This document shows positions 12,606 through 24,494 of a stretch of DNA of 64,000 nucleotides, one piece after another. Location of the stretch: assembly GCA_963514005.1 (NCBI GenBank), contig OY740800.1:15996001-16060000 (forward strand), in the 5' to 3' direction. The DNA comes from Raja brachyura. Taxonomy: Eukaryota. How positions within the stretch are numbered: position 1 is the first letter of the stretch; each line of letters opens with the position of its first letter. The position numbers were made by a program, and so were the translations under genes. The notes below the pieces were generated by a model, which saw nothing but the letters and a program-made list of their open reading frames with translations, was not told where the DNA came from and searched no databases.

Positions 12606-14030
12606 CTAGACTAGGTGGGACCCATTGGGTCCTATGTTCCTCCAGGAGGGCTGGTCTCCCAACGCAATATTGCACCTCTCCACCAATTCCAATATTGCTG
12701 GCCAGTGGGGAGGGGGAGGCTGCTTTCTGGAGCGCTAGTATGGGTGTTGTGGGCCGAAGGGACTGGTTTCCAGAGGGCTAGTATGGACATTGTGGGCCGA
12801 ATGGATTATTGGGCTGGCAGCTCAATCACTCAGGCCTGGTGGGCTGGCAGCTCAGTCACTCAGGCCTGTTGGGCTGGCAGCTCAGTCATTCAGGCCTGGT
12901 GGGCTGGCAGCTCAGAAACTACCAGAAATCCTGCCCAAGTGAGAGACTCTGTGAGAGAGAAGGGGGAGAGGGTGGAGAATCAATTTTAGACAGTTTTCAT
13001 ATTTTTCTGCAGATCACAGCAATTAAGGAGGAAAGTATATCCTGGCCTGGATCTCACAGGGAGCAAATGAAGGGAGGGTGAAAAATACTGGGGTGAGGTT
13101 TAATACTTGCAGGGGGAATACTTACTGTTGGGCTGAAGGGACTCCTGGGCTAGTACAGCCTGATGGGCCGAAGGGTCTCTTTTAAAAAAACCTGTGAAAT
13201 CTCAGTGAAAGGTACTTTTTCTGGACTTTTCCTGGCCTGGGCCTTTTGAGCCAAAATGCTCCTCCTGGGATAATAATTGGGCCAAAAGGGATTGGTTTCC
13301 CGGCTAATAGTGGCCTTGTGGGTCGAATTTAGTGGTTTCAGGCAGGCCAAACAACTCATTTCATGACATTTCCAATTGCATTGCAGTTTCAAGCACAGGG
13401 CAGGCCGGATAGCTCATTGCATTTTCATTTCACTTCCACTGCCATTGCACTTTCAAGCACAGGGCAGGCTAAAGCCAAACAGCTGATTGCATTTTCACTT
13501 CACTTCCATTGCCATTGCACTTTCAAGCACAGGGTAGGCTCAAGCCAAACAGCTCATTGCATTTTCACTTCACTTCCATTGCCATTGCAGTTTCAAACAC
13601 GGGGCAGGCCAAACAACTCATTTCATTTTCATTAAGGGCTAACAAATCATTTATTCAAGTACATTGCATACTCATAGTGTTCTGTAGTTTCCCAGCTCAG
13701 ACAGAGAGTCGTGACCTCTCACTCGCCATCTTGCAGACAGACTGAGCCATGCCCACACTTCTGGGTTTTATAGTCTCTCCCCCCCCTCCCACCGGTAGGG
13801 GCGTGGCCTTCATGGCGGTGATTGACAGGAGAGAGAACCTCAATATTATTTAAACACTAATAAATCTTTTATTTTTCATCAATGGGAACAATCCTCGGGG
13901 CGTGCGCAGCGGAGGAGGACTCTGAGTAAGATGGCCAAAAAATCACAGCCATATGTGGTAGTGTTTTTTTCTAAAATCAAAGCACAGTGCAAACAAGAAG
14001 TGGTCAAGATGAGACTTTTAATTATATAGA
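12606..14030 (-). mobile_element. Non-autonomous Helitron with internal minisatellites
   Basis: Minus strand begins A|TCTATATAATTAAAAG and ends CTAG|T; subterminal hairpin ggacccattgggtcc (12618-12632); no TSD; same termini as 43643-45170; 30-bp repeat x3.5 at 12811-12915 and ~65-bp repeats at 13340-13630. Confidence 0.8.
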
Positions 14031-14824
14031 TTAATGTATAAATCAGCAACTTTATCAAAATCGCAGTGGGTTTGTGATGAATTACTGAGTGTGCAAAGCT
14101 AATGGCGGAACAAGACATTTATTTGTTTGGTTATTATATTACGCATAAGCAATGGCATGTTATATTATTTTCTTTGCAAATTCTGAATGAACATTCTGTG
14201 GCTGGAGCTGTCTCTACTTTCCTACTTTGAATTGTGATAAACTTGGGAGTAAGATTTAATGTGGTGTGGACATAGTATAAATGATATATTCTTGCAGTAC
14301 ACTGGAGGCAAGTGTGCCTGCCTGTGCTGAGACGCTCTTCTTTTGTAAAATCTGCCCTGGTTTATTTATAACTGATTAAACATGTCCATTGTGAATGGTG
14401 TATATCAGTATTTTACTGCATGGAAACTAGAAATCCCACCTTAAAATACATAATTGTGTACTGATATGCTATTACTCTTGCAATGTTGCCAGTGACAGGC
14501 CTATTGAATGCAGCACATATATTTAAAATGAACTATTTGGATAGACACATTGTAATGGTGCTAAGCCTGTTATCTCCCTTTACCTTATGGTACAATGAAT
14601 ATAGCATATTGTTTTGATGTTATCTGAATCCTATGATATCTTGGCATTATGATTACTCACGAATGCCCACTGATCATCGTAAATTTTCCCCTTCAGCTTT
14701 CACCGCTTACATACATTGCTGGCATTATAGATCTGCATGCAAAACCCAAGCCCCAGATTTCATTCTTCGAAACCGAGTCAACTTTACATCTCCTTAAACA
14801 TTGGCTTCACTGGCAGATGCAACA

Positions 14825-16672
14825 GGACGGCAAGGTGGTGCAGCGGTAGAGTTGCTGCCTTATGCCCCTGTCCCACTTAGGAAACCTGAACGGAAATCTC
14901 TGGACTTCCCGTTCAGGTAAGGAGACTTTGCGCCCCACCCAAGGTTTCTGTGCAGTTGCCGGAGGTTCCCGGAGGTTTTTGTCAGTCTCCCTTATGGTCA
15001 AAAGTGGTTTCTGCTTCTTCTATGTTCTGGTGATTATTTCAAAAAATTGAAAAAACCTTCGGGAACCACCGGGAACCGCACGGAAACCTTGGGTGGGGAG
15101 CAAAGTCTCCAGAGGTTTCCGTTCAGGTTTCCTAAGTGGGACAGGGGCATAGAAACCTGAACGGAAACCTCTGGAGACTTTGCGCCTCACCCAAGGTTTC
15201 CGTGCGGTTCCTGGAGGTTTTTGTTCTCCGGCAACCTGCTTCTAGGTATGTTACAAAACTTACCTTGAGTGGTGCTGCAGTTCTGCCGCTGGCCGTGTGC
15301 GCGACTTTGGCGCCTTTAAGGGGGGGGGGGGGGCGGGGTTGAAATGCGGTTTTTCCCCTTGCAATCCGGAGCTTTATTTTCTCGGAGTGCGATCTATTTT
15401 TGGAGATGCGTTCCGACTGCCGGTAAGTTCGTTTTTTTAAATAAATAGCCCGACTATTTAATCGCTGCAGTAAAATAAAAATTAGCTCCTAACGCCGTGA
15501 ACGCCGACAACGGGGACGGATTTTACGTAGGGGACAGGTAAGTGAAAGCTGTTTATTTTTACATATAAACTTGCTTTTTTAGGGGACTTTAATCAATATT
15601 TCATGTTGCATGATTTCATGATTCAATATTTCATGATTTAGCCCCCATATGAACTGTCAGAATTTTTCCTGCTGATATGGGGTTTAAATTCACCGTAACC
15701 GCAACGTTCCAATACAGCGCGCTCCATAAAATCCCACTCGCAAGCTGTTTAAAATGCCCATTAATTTACAGGCATTAAACACTGAATTCCTTCAATATGG
15801 CCGATAAATTAATGACAATTAGATTTAAAAATCATGTTATATTGTGAATTATTGTGTGACTGTTAATTGGACACTTAGGCTTTATATATATTTTTAATTT
15901 TTTCTTAAGAAATTGATAAATGTTTAGATCTAGTAATTGAATTTTGTAATTGGCTACAATTGGGTAACTAACTAATTATATGCTTTAATTTCAGGTCATC
16001 CAAGTAAGATTGTTTCATATTTGCTTCAGAATACTTCAATCTATAATAACTGAAAGTTTCTTTCAGTTCTCTTAAATTTTAAGGAAGTTATGGGTTTTTG
16101 ACTGTCTTCGATCACAACTTTTGTGTACAAGTCAATAGAAAAGCAAGAGGAAGCAAGTTGCTAATTTCCGAGTATGAAAATGGCCCTAACTTTTTTAATG
16201 CTGAAGATATGAAAGTGAATTAGGTGTCAAATTAAACTTATTTTTATGCTTTATCTGATGGGATAAATTGCAGACTTGATTTTTTTAATCTCAAAATGTT
16301 TTAACATTGCTACTGCTTCGACTAAAAAATTACCGATTTTTAAAACGGAAACCACTTTCCTAAGGTTCCTAAGTGGGACAGGGGCATACCAGTGCTTGCA
16401 TCACCAGAGACCTGGGTTTGATCCTGACGGGTGTTGTCTGTACGGAGTTTGTACATTCTCCCCATGACCACATGGGGGTTTCATCCGAGATCTTCGGTTT
16501 CCTCCCGCACTCCAAAGACGTACAGGTTTGTGGGTAAATTGGTTTTGTAAATGTAAAAATTGTCCCTAGTGTGTGTATGATAATGTTAATATGTGGGGAA
16601 CACTGGTCGGCGCGGACCCAGTGGGCCGAAGGGCCTGTTTCCATACTGTATCTCTAAACTAAACTAAACTAA
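14825..16672 (+). mobile_element. V-SINE split by a Harbinger-type MITE complex (14863-16386)
   Basis: SINE head ends gagttgctgcctta at 14862 and resumes at ~16389; TIR tgcccctgtcccacttaggaa at 14863, inverse TIRs ending at 15149 and 16386. Confidence 0.8.
15245..16310 (-). mobile_element. Non-autonomous TA-flanked DNA transposon, same family as 4401-5096
   Basis: Ends ggtatgttacaaaa / tgttttaacattgc flanked by TA; inserted inside the MITE. Confidence 0.75.
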
Positions 16673-16851
16673 GCAAATTGAACATTAAAAATAGTCATAT
16701 TTTGTTGTATGACAAAAAGGAAGAAAATCAGATCCTTGAGCCTCTATCTGAATTCAGTTAGATTATAACTGAATTGTATCTTAAGTATATATCATGAGAG
16801 TTGCATCTGTAATTGTTTGCACAGTCGAATTAGTACTAAGGAATGAAATGC

Positions 16852-17385
16852 AATGCTGGCATTTATTTTGAGAGGACTAGAATATAAAAACAGGGATGTA
16901 ATGCTGAAGCTTTATAAGGCACTGGTCAAACTGCATTTGTATCTGAGGAAGGATGTGCTTGCATTGGAGAGGGTCCAGAGGAGGTTTGATCCTATGGGTC
17001 CAGAGGAGGAGAATGATTCCATGGATTACTGGGTTAACATATGATGAGCGTTGGATGGCACTGGCCCTGTACTCACCGGAGTTTAGAAGGATGAGGGGGG
17101 ACCTCATTGACACGTACCAAGTAGTGAAAGCCCTGTATAGAGTGGATGTGGAGAGGATGTTTTCACTGGTGGGAGAGGCTACAACTAGATGGCTAGCTTA
17201 AGATTAAATACTTTTAGAAAGGAAATGAGGAGGGTATTTTTAAGGCGGAGATTGACAAATACTTGATTGGCAAGGGTGTCAAGAGTTATGGGGAGAAGGG
17301 AGGAGAATGGAGTTGAGGAAAAGATAAATCAGCCATGATTGAATGGCGGAGTAGATTTGATGGGCCATTTGGCCTACTTATGAAC
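16852..17385 (+). mobile_element. CR1 LINE 3' fragment
   Basis: MLKLYKALV, LERVQRRF, RMRGDLI remnants; CR1 3'UTR tcagccatgattgaatggcg. Confidence 0.85.
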
Positions 17386-19304
17386 TTGTTGTTGTGAATC
17401 ATCAAATGAAGGATGTGTTGCTTCTTATGAGCATAGCGTTTGTGAGTTACTGCATACCTGATATTGCAAATATCTTTTGGGAAGTCTTGGAAGGATTGAA
17501 TTATTTGCTGTGGTAACCATCTTGTCTCCAAGATGAGGTTCCCTCTTCCTTTAATTTTCTGCAGCTGATATAGCCAGTAAATGCTGGTTGCCTCTTAAAG
17601 GGCCAGGCGTTTGTGGAATGGCGATTAATCATGGATTTTAAATTGAAAATTGGCAGAGATTAAATGTTTTGGACGTGATTACATTTTCCCCAATTCCCAT
17701 CAAGTTCTCTTGCTCGTCCAAATTACATAAAATACTCTGAGGTAAAAATGTGACATACTTACAGCTTTGTACTATGTAATTTAAACAGTGACAAGAGTAA
17801 TGAATCATTAAGAAAAAGCCATTAAAGTTCAAACCAAATTAGCATTCACTAAGGTACAAAATAAAGTATATTAGGCATAATTTAAAAAAAATCAGCTGAG
17901 GTATTTGTTCAGCAATTAACTTGTTCTCCTTGTTTTTATAAAGTGCCTATGTAGGCAGGCCAATAATTTTGTGCAAAATTCAATCTTAGTCTTTAATCGT
18001 GTTATTGTCCTTAGTGTATAGGATAGTGCTAGTGTACGGGGCTATTGTTGGTCGTCACGGACTGCATCTCTAAAGTTTAAAGTAAAGTTACTGTAATTTC
18101 AATTTCTAACTTTTCCAGTGTCTTCTCTTCCGTTGCATTTACTACACAGGTACTGAAAGTAGGAGTGATTTTACACAGTCCAAAAAGAACAGATCTTCCT
18201 GTCGTTATTTCCAGTTCTTTATTGAAGTAGTTGTACAAACAAAGAGATGAACATACCAGGTTCTCCTTATTCTCACACAAGTTGTAGATTTCTGTTCTCC
18301 CCAATCTGGTGAGAACTGTGCACCCTCCACCTCCTGGGCCTGGTCTGATCACTCCCTGTCCCCCAAGCCCATATGTTACGCCACTCTATGCATCAAATGA
18401 CCGTACCCAAGTGTCCAAACTGATACTGTTAGAAATATCCAGACAAAATAATATAATATGCCCACAGTAGCTAGCCTAAACATAAATGGCTCCTACAGTT
18501 ACCCAATAGCATAATACATCATGCTGAGTCTATAGTCAGTCTGTTGATTTGCTGCATTTGCAAGCTGTAAAGTTATCCTGTCTAATAATAAATGGAATGG
18601 GGGAAAGGTAAACAACACAATTCCTTATTCAAAATAGAACAAATGATTTTCATTCAGAGGAAACCGATGCCTTTCCTTTTAAATGCACTAATCTCTGCCT
18701 TAATGAGTAGCTTTCCTCTGCATATTAACATTGCTGCTCTGTTTTCCATTCTTGACAAACAATGGAATGTAACTTATTGTAGCGGGGTGGCTGACATTGT
18801 TTGTTGGTCACGTTCTTGCACAGCTCAGACTTTAAATTCTTTAAATTTGCTGGAAATACAGAACTCAGAATCCTAACATCCATGAATGAATGAACAAACA
18901 CTGTGGAATTATGGAAAATTAATTACCCAGGAGGTCCATTCAAGCTCTTGTATCTGTGCAGGTTGAAAGAATGCCACTCTGTGCAATCTCGACCTCCATT
19001 ACTAGGCCTGCAGTCTTGCTGATTATGACTCTTCAACTTACTATTTACATGTAGTGAGAGTTTCCTGCCTCTAACACCCCCCCAGATTGGGAAAAAAGGT
19101 ACTTAACTTTCCTCATCCTTTCTACTTTATCTAGATTCTTCGTGATTTTATGTAGGTTTTAGGTTTCCCCTCTGCTTCTTCCATTCCCAAGAAAACAACT
19201 GTTTTTCCCATAGCTACAATTTTCCAGTTTCAGTAACTTCTTTGTAAATCTCCTCTAGACTTTCACTACATTGCAGGAAAGATTCAATGGACTACTCCAT
19301 TGGA

Positions 19305-19582
19305 CAACACGGTGGCGCAGCGGTAGAGTTCCTATCTGACAGCGGCAGAGACGCAAGTTCGATCATGACTTTGGGTGCTGTCAAGACCCAGTTTGTATTT
19401 CCTCCCTGTGACCTGTGTGCATTTTCTCCGGGATCTCCAGTTTCCTCCTACACTCCAAAGACGTACAGGCTTGCGGGCTAATTAGCTTGGCAAAATTGTA
19501 AATTGTCCCTAGTGTGTGTAGGATAGTGTTAGTGTCCGATGGACCTGTTTCCATGCAGTATCTGTATCTCTAACCTAAACTA
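19305..19582 (+). mobile_element. V-SINE/HE1-like SINE
   Basis: A box tggcgcagcgg, B box gttcgatc, central domain and tail. Confidence 0.85.
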
Positions 19583-20540
19583 CTCAAGCTGCGTCTCTTT
19601 AACTTGTCAAGAATTAGGATTCCGGAAACAGCATGTCTGTGAAATAATAGAAATCACTGAATGAATTTAATTTAAATCCGGTGCGGAAAGAGAAATATTG
19701 AAAAAGAAAGACAGAGTGGATTCAGGGAGGTAAAAGAAAGAAAGGAAAAATAAAAAGGTAAAAATAATAAAGATTTCCAAAATCAGAATTCTTTGTAAAT
19801 AGGTCCATTTGATTGTCTGGAAGGATGCTTGCAGTAATTGCAACATCATGTTGTATTTCAAAGATGAGTCGGACAATGAGACATTGTTATCAATAGGAGA
19901 GGTTTAAGTATTGAAATGTCAAGACATTAGAAAGTGGTTTCCTTGTTTAAATGTAATTATTATTACCTTTTTGGATAAGTAATAAAATTACAAATGTGCA
20001 TCTTTGCATTTTTTTCACATGCTACAATAATTACATCAGTAAAGAGCTTGCATCGGACAAATTTGTGTGCAATCAAATTATTTTATATTCTCCCATTCGA
20101 ACATTGATGGAGTTAAGAGAATGGAGCTCCATGTGCATAATGCAGATCAGGAAAATGACATTACAGCGCAAAAGCAGGAACTATCTCTTCAGTTATCACA
20201 TGAGGATGACAGGTGCACAAAGATGGTCATAAAAGAAGCATATTTGTTGGGCATCTTTTGGTGTTCCCTGATGTATTTGCTGTCTCACGAGTTTGTTTAC
20301 TTGGCTTTGAATCAGCTAAGTTTCAACATGTTGTATTGAGTTTCAGTGGAGTCGAGCAGAGCCGTTTAGTTTGACGAAAGATGCTCTTCGTCGATTATTG
20401 ATGATTATCAGAGTTTGTTTAGTATTTTTAAACTGTAAGAGATTGGGAAGATAAAGTACGAGGAACGAGTTGATTTGTTAATGTTAGCAAGAAGTGAATA
20501 GATGATGGAGATTGATCAATGGAGTGTTACTACTCTTGGA

Positions 20541-20870
20541 AGACAGAAAGTGCTGGAGTAACTCAGCGGGTCAGGCAGCATTTCTGAAGAACATGGATAG
20601 GTAAAATTTCGGGTGCGACCCTTCTTCAGATTGATTGCAAGGGAGGAGAAAAAGAAAGCTGGAAGCGGGGAGGGGCAGGACAAACCCGTGACAGGTAATG
20701 GTGAACTCAGGTGAGGGGGATCTTTGATATGCAGATGGTTGGACAAAGGCCAGAGGTGGGAAAAAAGTATGAGACGAAAGAATTGAAGAGTTGCGAATTG
20801 TGAAGGTAGAGGAAGGAATGAGGGGGGAGGGGGTGGGGGAAGAAATGGGTGCGAGTCCAGGTGGGGCTCT
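20541..20870 (-). repeat. Penelope-like element end (terminal repeat plus adjacent purine-rich body)
   Basis: gtgctggagtaactcagcgggtcaggcagcat..cccttcttcag followed by a purine-rich extension; the same junction is at 63900-64000. Confidence 0.6.
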
Positions 20871-21352
20871 GGCACTGTTCTTGGATTGACAAAATATGCT
20901 CAGTTCAATGTGATGAGCTAATTATTGCATGCTTCTTCAGGGACACCAGGAAGAGCTAAATCTTGGAGACACAAGAGACTGCAGAGATGCAGTTCCTTTG
21001 TGAGGAACATTTTCTCCTGAAAGTACCCCATGACAGGTTGGTCCTTGTTCTCCTTGAGTGCTCTGAGAGGAACTATATAGTCAATGTTCTACACATTCCT
21101 GGCGCAGAATGACTCACAAATAAGTGAACCCAGTGGAATATTTTAAGTAGTGTGAAATAGTATTCCTGTCCAAATAATATCGATTTTACTTCGGAGTCAC
21201 GTGAGTGACTACGTGAAGACCCCGCCAGCACGCATGCGCGACATATCGTCGTACGCATGCGGAAGCGACGGTCGGGAGGAGCGGGGCTCCTCCAGCGTGA
21301 GTTTAAATAGCTCACGCCAGGTAAGTCTCACCGAAGGAGTGAGTCGACCATT

Positions 21353-22556
21353 ATGGAAGGGAGAAAATCTAAGAGAGCGGCGGCCAAATCAGCGGCTAAG
21401 GACAGCAGCCAACGGAGAACCGCCTCTCCAGAGCTACAGGTTCTACCTGCAGCTCCCGACTTTTCGGACTTTGAGACCGTTGGTACGCCACGGTCGGGGA
21501 AAACTACCCGGAAGTCGGCCGGGGCCGACTCAGCGGAGTCCGGTCCCGAGGGCACCCCGCTCGCAGGCAGCGACGGAGGTCGCCTTGACCGCATTGAGCG
21601 GATGATGGAGCAGCTGCTCCAACGTGACCTGCTAAAGCAGGGGCAGGATCACAGTGGGACCCCTAGTAGGCCCACGGCAAGTTCCCTTAGAGGACTGCCA
21701 AATGTATCCCCTTCTTTACAGGGGAGCATTGAGGGTCAGAACTGGGCTGACCCAGAAGAAGGGGAGTTGGCTGAAGCACCTGCAGCGTCAGGGGTGTGTG
21801 AAGATTACATGGATGTGGTGAGCAAACATGCCATGCCCAACCAGAAGGGCCTACCCATCCACCCCAAGCTGGCTGCCAGCATTGATTATATGGCCACTAA
21901 CCAACTTCAGGAACAGGCCATCAATGCCACAGCAGACAAATACATGGCGCCAGAAAACTGCAAGTCATTAAATGTACCCGCGGTAAACAACCCGATATGG
22001 GGAAACATGAGCCCCTCGAGTAGAGGGCAGGAGATGAAACTTCAGAAGATCCTGAAGCTCCTAACCGCAGGGATTACTGCAGTAGCCAGAACAGCAGTGG
22101 GAGTGGATATGCCGGAAGAACTACAAGATGCTTTGGCCTTACTGTGCAACACACAGTATGAAATAAATAATTTCAGGAAATCATTATAAAGCCGGCGCTT
22201 AACCCCAAGTTCGGGGGGTTGTGTAAGCCTGGGAAGACGCAGCCTCCAAGCCTGCTATTCGGGGAGGATCTCCCCAAACAGGTTAAGATCTGGACGAGGA
22301 GGCTAAGGCTTTGGGCCTTATTAAAGTACCTGGGTACACTAAGCCTCATCACCCACACAGAACGCACCCCTACGCACCCACCGGGCAGAGTTACCCTAAC
22401 AGGTCTGCCGGTGGTGAAAGCTCGAAGGCCGGCATACCTGCTCAGCGGTCTTTTTTAGGCCAAGGCCCAGGCCGGCCTCCTTGGAAGATGCGCCACTCCC
22501 AGAACACCTACAACCAGCCGAGGAAGCAAGGCCAGAAACCACCACACCGGCAGTAA
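21353..22556 (+). CDS. DIRS ORF1 (gag-like), with two apparent -1 frameshifts (~22180, ~22287)
   Basis: 278-aa ORF from ATG 21353; continues in shifted frames IIKPALNPKFGGLCK..LLFGEDLPKQVK / DLDEEAKALG..PPHRQ*; first ORF of the DIRS element. Confidence 0.8.
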
Positions 22557-22558
22557 CC

Positions 22559-24494
22559 ATGGAGGTAGGTGGGTCTGGGATCCCCAGGAACACTACTGGC
22601 CCAAATTCACTTTGCATAGGGGGCAGGTTGCACATGTTCCTCGAGAATTGGCTCACTTTTACCTCTGATCCTTATATACTCAGGAGTATTCAGGGCTACA
22701 AAATTGAATTTATTCACGAACTCCCTACCCCGGTACAGCATGCACCTAGTCGGAAATTCGTCCTTTCTCATAGAGATAAGGCAGCAGGGCATGCTGAACT
22801 ACAGAGGTTGAGAGAAAAAGGGGTAATTGAGAAGGCCATTAAAGAACCTCAGGAGTTCGTGTCTAAATATATTCACTAAAAACAAAAAAGATGGCGGTTG
22901 CCGCATCATCATAGATTTGACCGACCTGAATACTTCTGTCCAGTATATTCATTTTAAAATGGACACCTTCGACACTGCTATACAGCTTATAGCCAATGGG
23001 TACTACATGGCATGCGTTGACCTCAAAGATGCATACTATTCAGTACCCATACACAAGGATCATAGGAAATACTTAAAATTTATCTGGATGGGACAATTAT
23101 GGCAATATAAAGCTTTGCCTAATGGGTTATCGTCAGCACCCAGATTGTTTACCAAGATATTGAAACCAGTTTTGGCCTATTTAAGGAAACAGAATCATAC
23201 TGTTATGGCCTATCTTGATGACATCCTCATAGTGGGGGAGAATTTGGAAATGGCTACTTTGGCAGTCACAGCCACGAAACATCTTTTTCAGAAACTGGGG
23301 TTTACGATACATCCAGATAAATCAATATTGGAACCCTCTACCACCATGAAATATTTGGGGTTCATTATTGACTCAGTGCAAATGTCTGTCACGTTACCAC
23401 CCAGCAAGGTGGAAGACCTGATAGAGGCTTGCAGGAGCCTCATTGGCATTAAGGTCCCATCCATTCGGCAGGTGGCCAGGGTGATTGGGAAGATAGTAGC
23501 TGCATTTCCTGCAGCACAATATGGGCCCTTACATTACCAAAACTTACAAAGAGCCAAAATTACAGCGCTCAAAAATCATGCTGGCCATTTTGATAGGCCC
23601 ATGAAAATTCCAGAAAAGGCAAAAGCTGAATTATATTGGTGGATGGGTAATGCCCAAAATTGTTCCAAACCCATTACTATCACCAATCCCTCGATCACCT
23701 TACAAACGGATGCCAGTGCCATAGGGTGGGGAGCTACTAACACTACCTCTAGCTGTGGAGGTAGATGGAGTGCACCAGAGTTAACCCTATTTAAAAACTT
23801 AGGGATTAACTATTCAGAAATGCTGGCAGCATTTCACGGCCTTAAGGCATACTGCACTAACATGCACAAAGTTCATGTTAGAATACAGATTGACAACACC
23901 ACGGTGGTAGCCTATATTAACCACATGGGCGGTGTAAAGTCGATATCGTGTGATGAATTGGCCAACAATATCTGGCACTGGTGTCTGCAAAGAGAAATTT
24001 GGATCTCCGCAACTTACCTTCCAGGTAAATTAAACACAGTGGCAGACACCAGGTCACGGAAATTCAACGACAACATAGAATGGATGTTGGATCGGAATGT
24101 GTTCGCAGATATTGTAGAACGTTATGGGACACCAGATATCGACCTTTTCGCGTCCAGGCTAAATCACCAACTACCAACGTATGTTGCTTGGGAGCCAGAC
24201 CCGGGGGCAGTAGCGATGGATGCTTTCTCGCTACACTGGGGGGATTTATTCTGCTACGCTTTCCCCCCTTTCTGCCTCATCAGTCGGGTCTTGCAAAAAA
24301 TCAAGCAAGACTCCGCATCGGGTATCTTGGTAGTGCCCGACTGGCCTACTCAACCATGGTTCCCTCTGGTACAGAAGATGGCCACGGAACCCTGTATCAG
24401 GGTGAATAAAAGACCTAGCCTGCTTGTTCATCCTGTTACAGGAGAATGTCATCCATGTCATGACCGCATGGGATTATTAATTTGCAGATTTTAA
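22559..24494 (+). CDS. DIRS pol: reverse transcriptase, RNase H and phage Dam-like DNA adenine methyltransferase domain (one +1 frameshift at ~22865)
   Basis: accATGG start; GGRL..F..NW, DLKDAYYSVPI, LPNGLSSAPRLFTK, YLDD; RNase H TDAS..E..DNTT..AD; MT-like DLFASRLN..DAF..YAFPPF..PDWPTQPWF. Confidence 0.93.

Noticed and set aside
12811-12915. 30-bp direct repeats
   Set aside because: Contiguous tandem units with no spacers, inside a Helitron; not CRISPR.
18077-18352. 91-aa minus-strand ORF in non-repetitive-looking sequence
   Set aside because: No recognisable homology, no ATG start and no convincing splice sites.
19305-19375. tRNA-like A/B box sequences here and in many similar copies
   Set aside because: They continue into the SINE body and LINE-derived tail and lack a complete cloverleaf; these are SINE heads, not tRNA genes.
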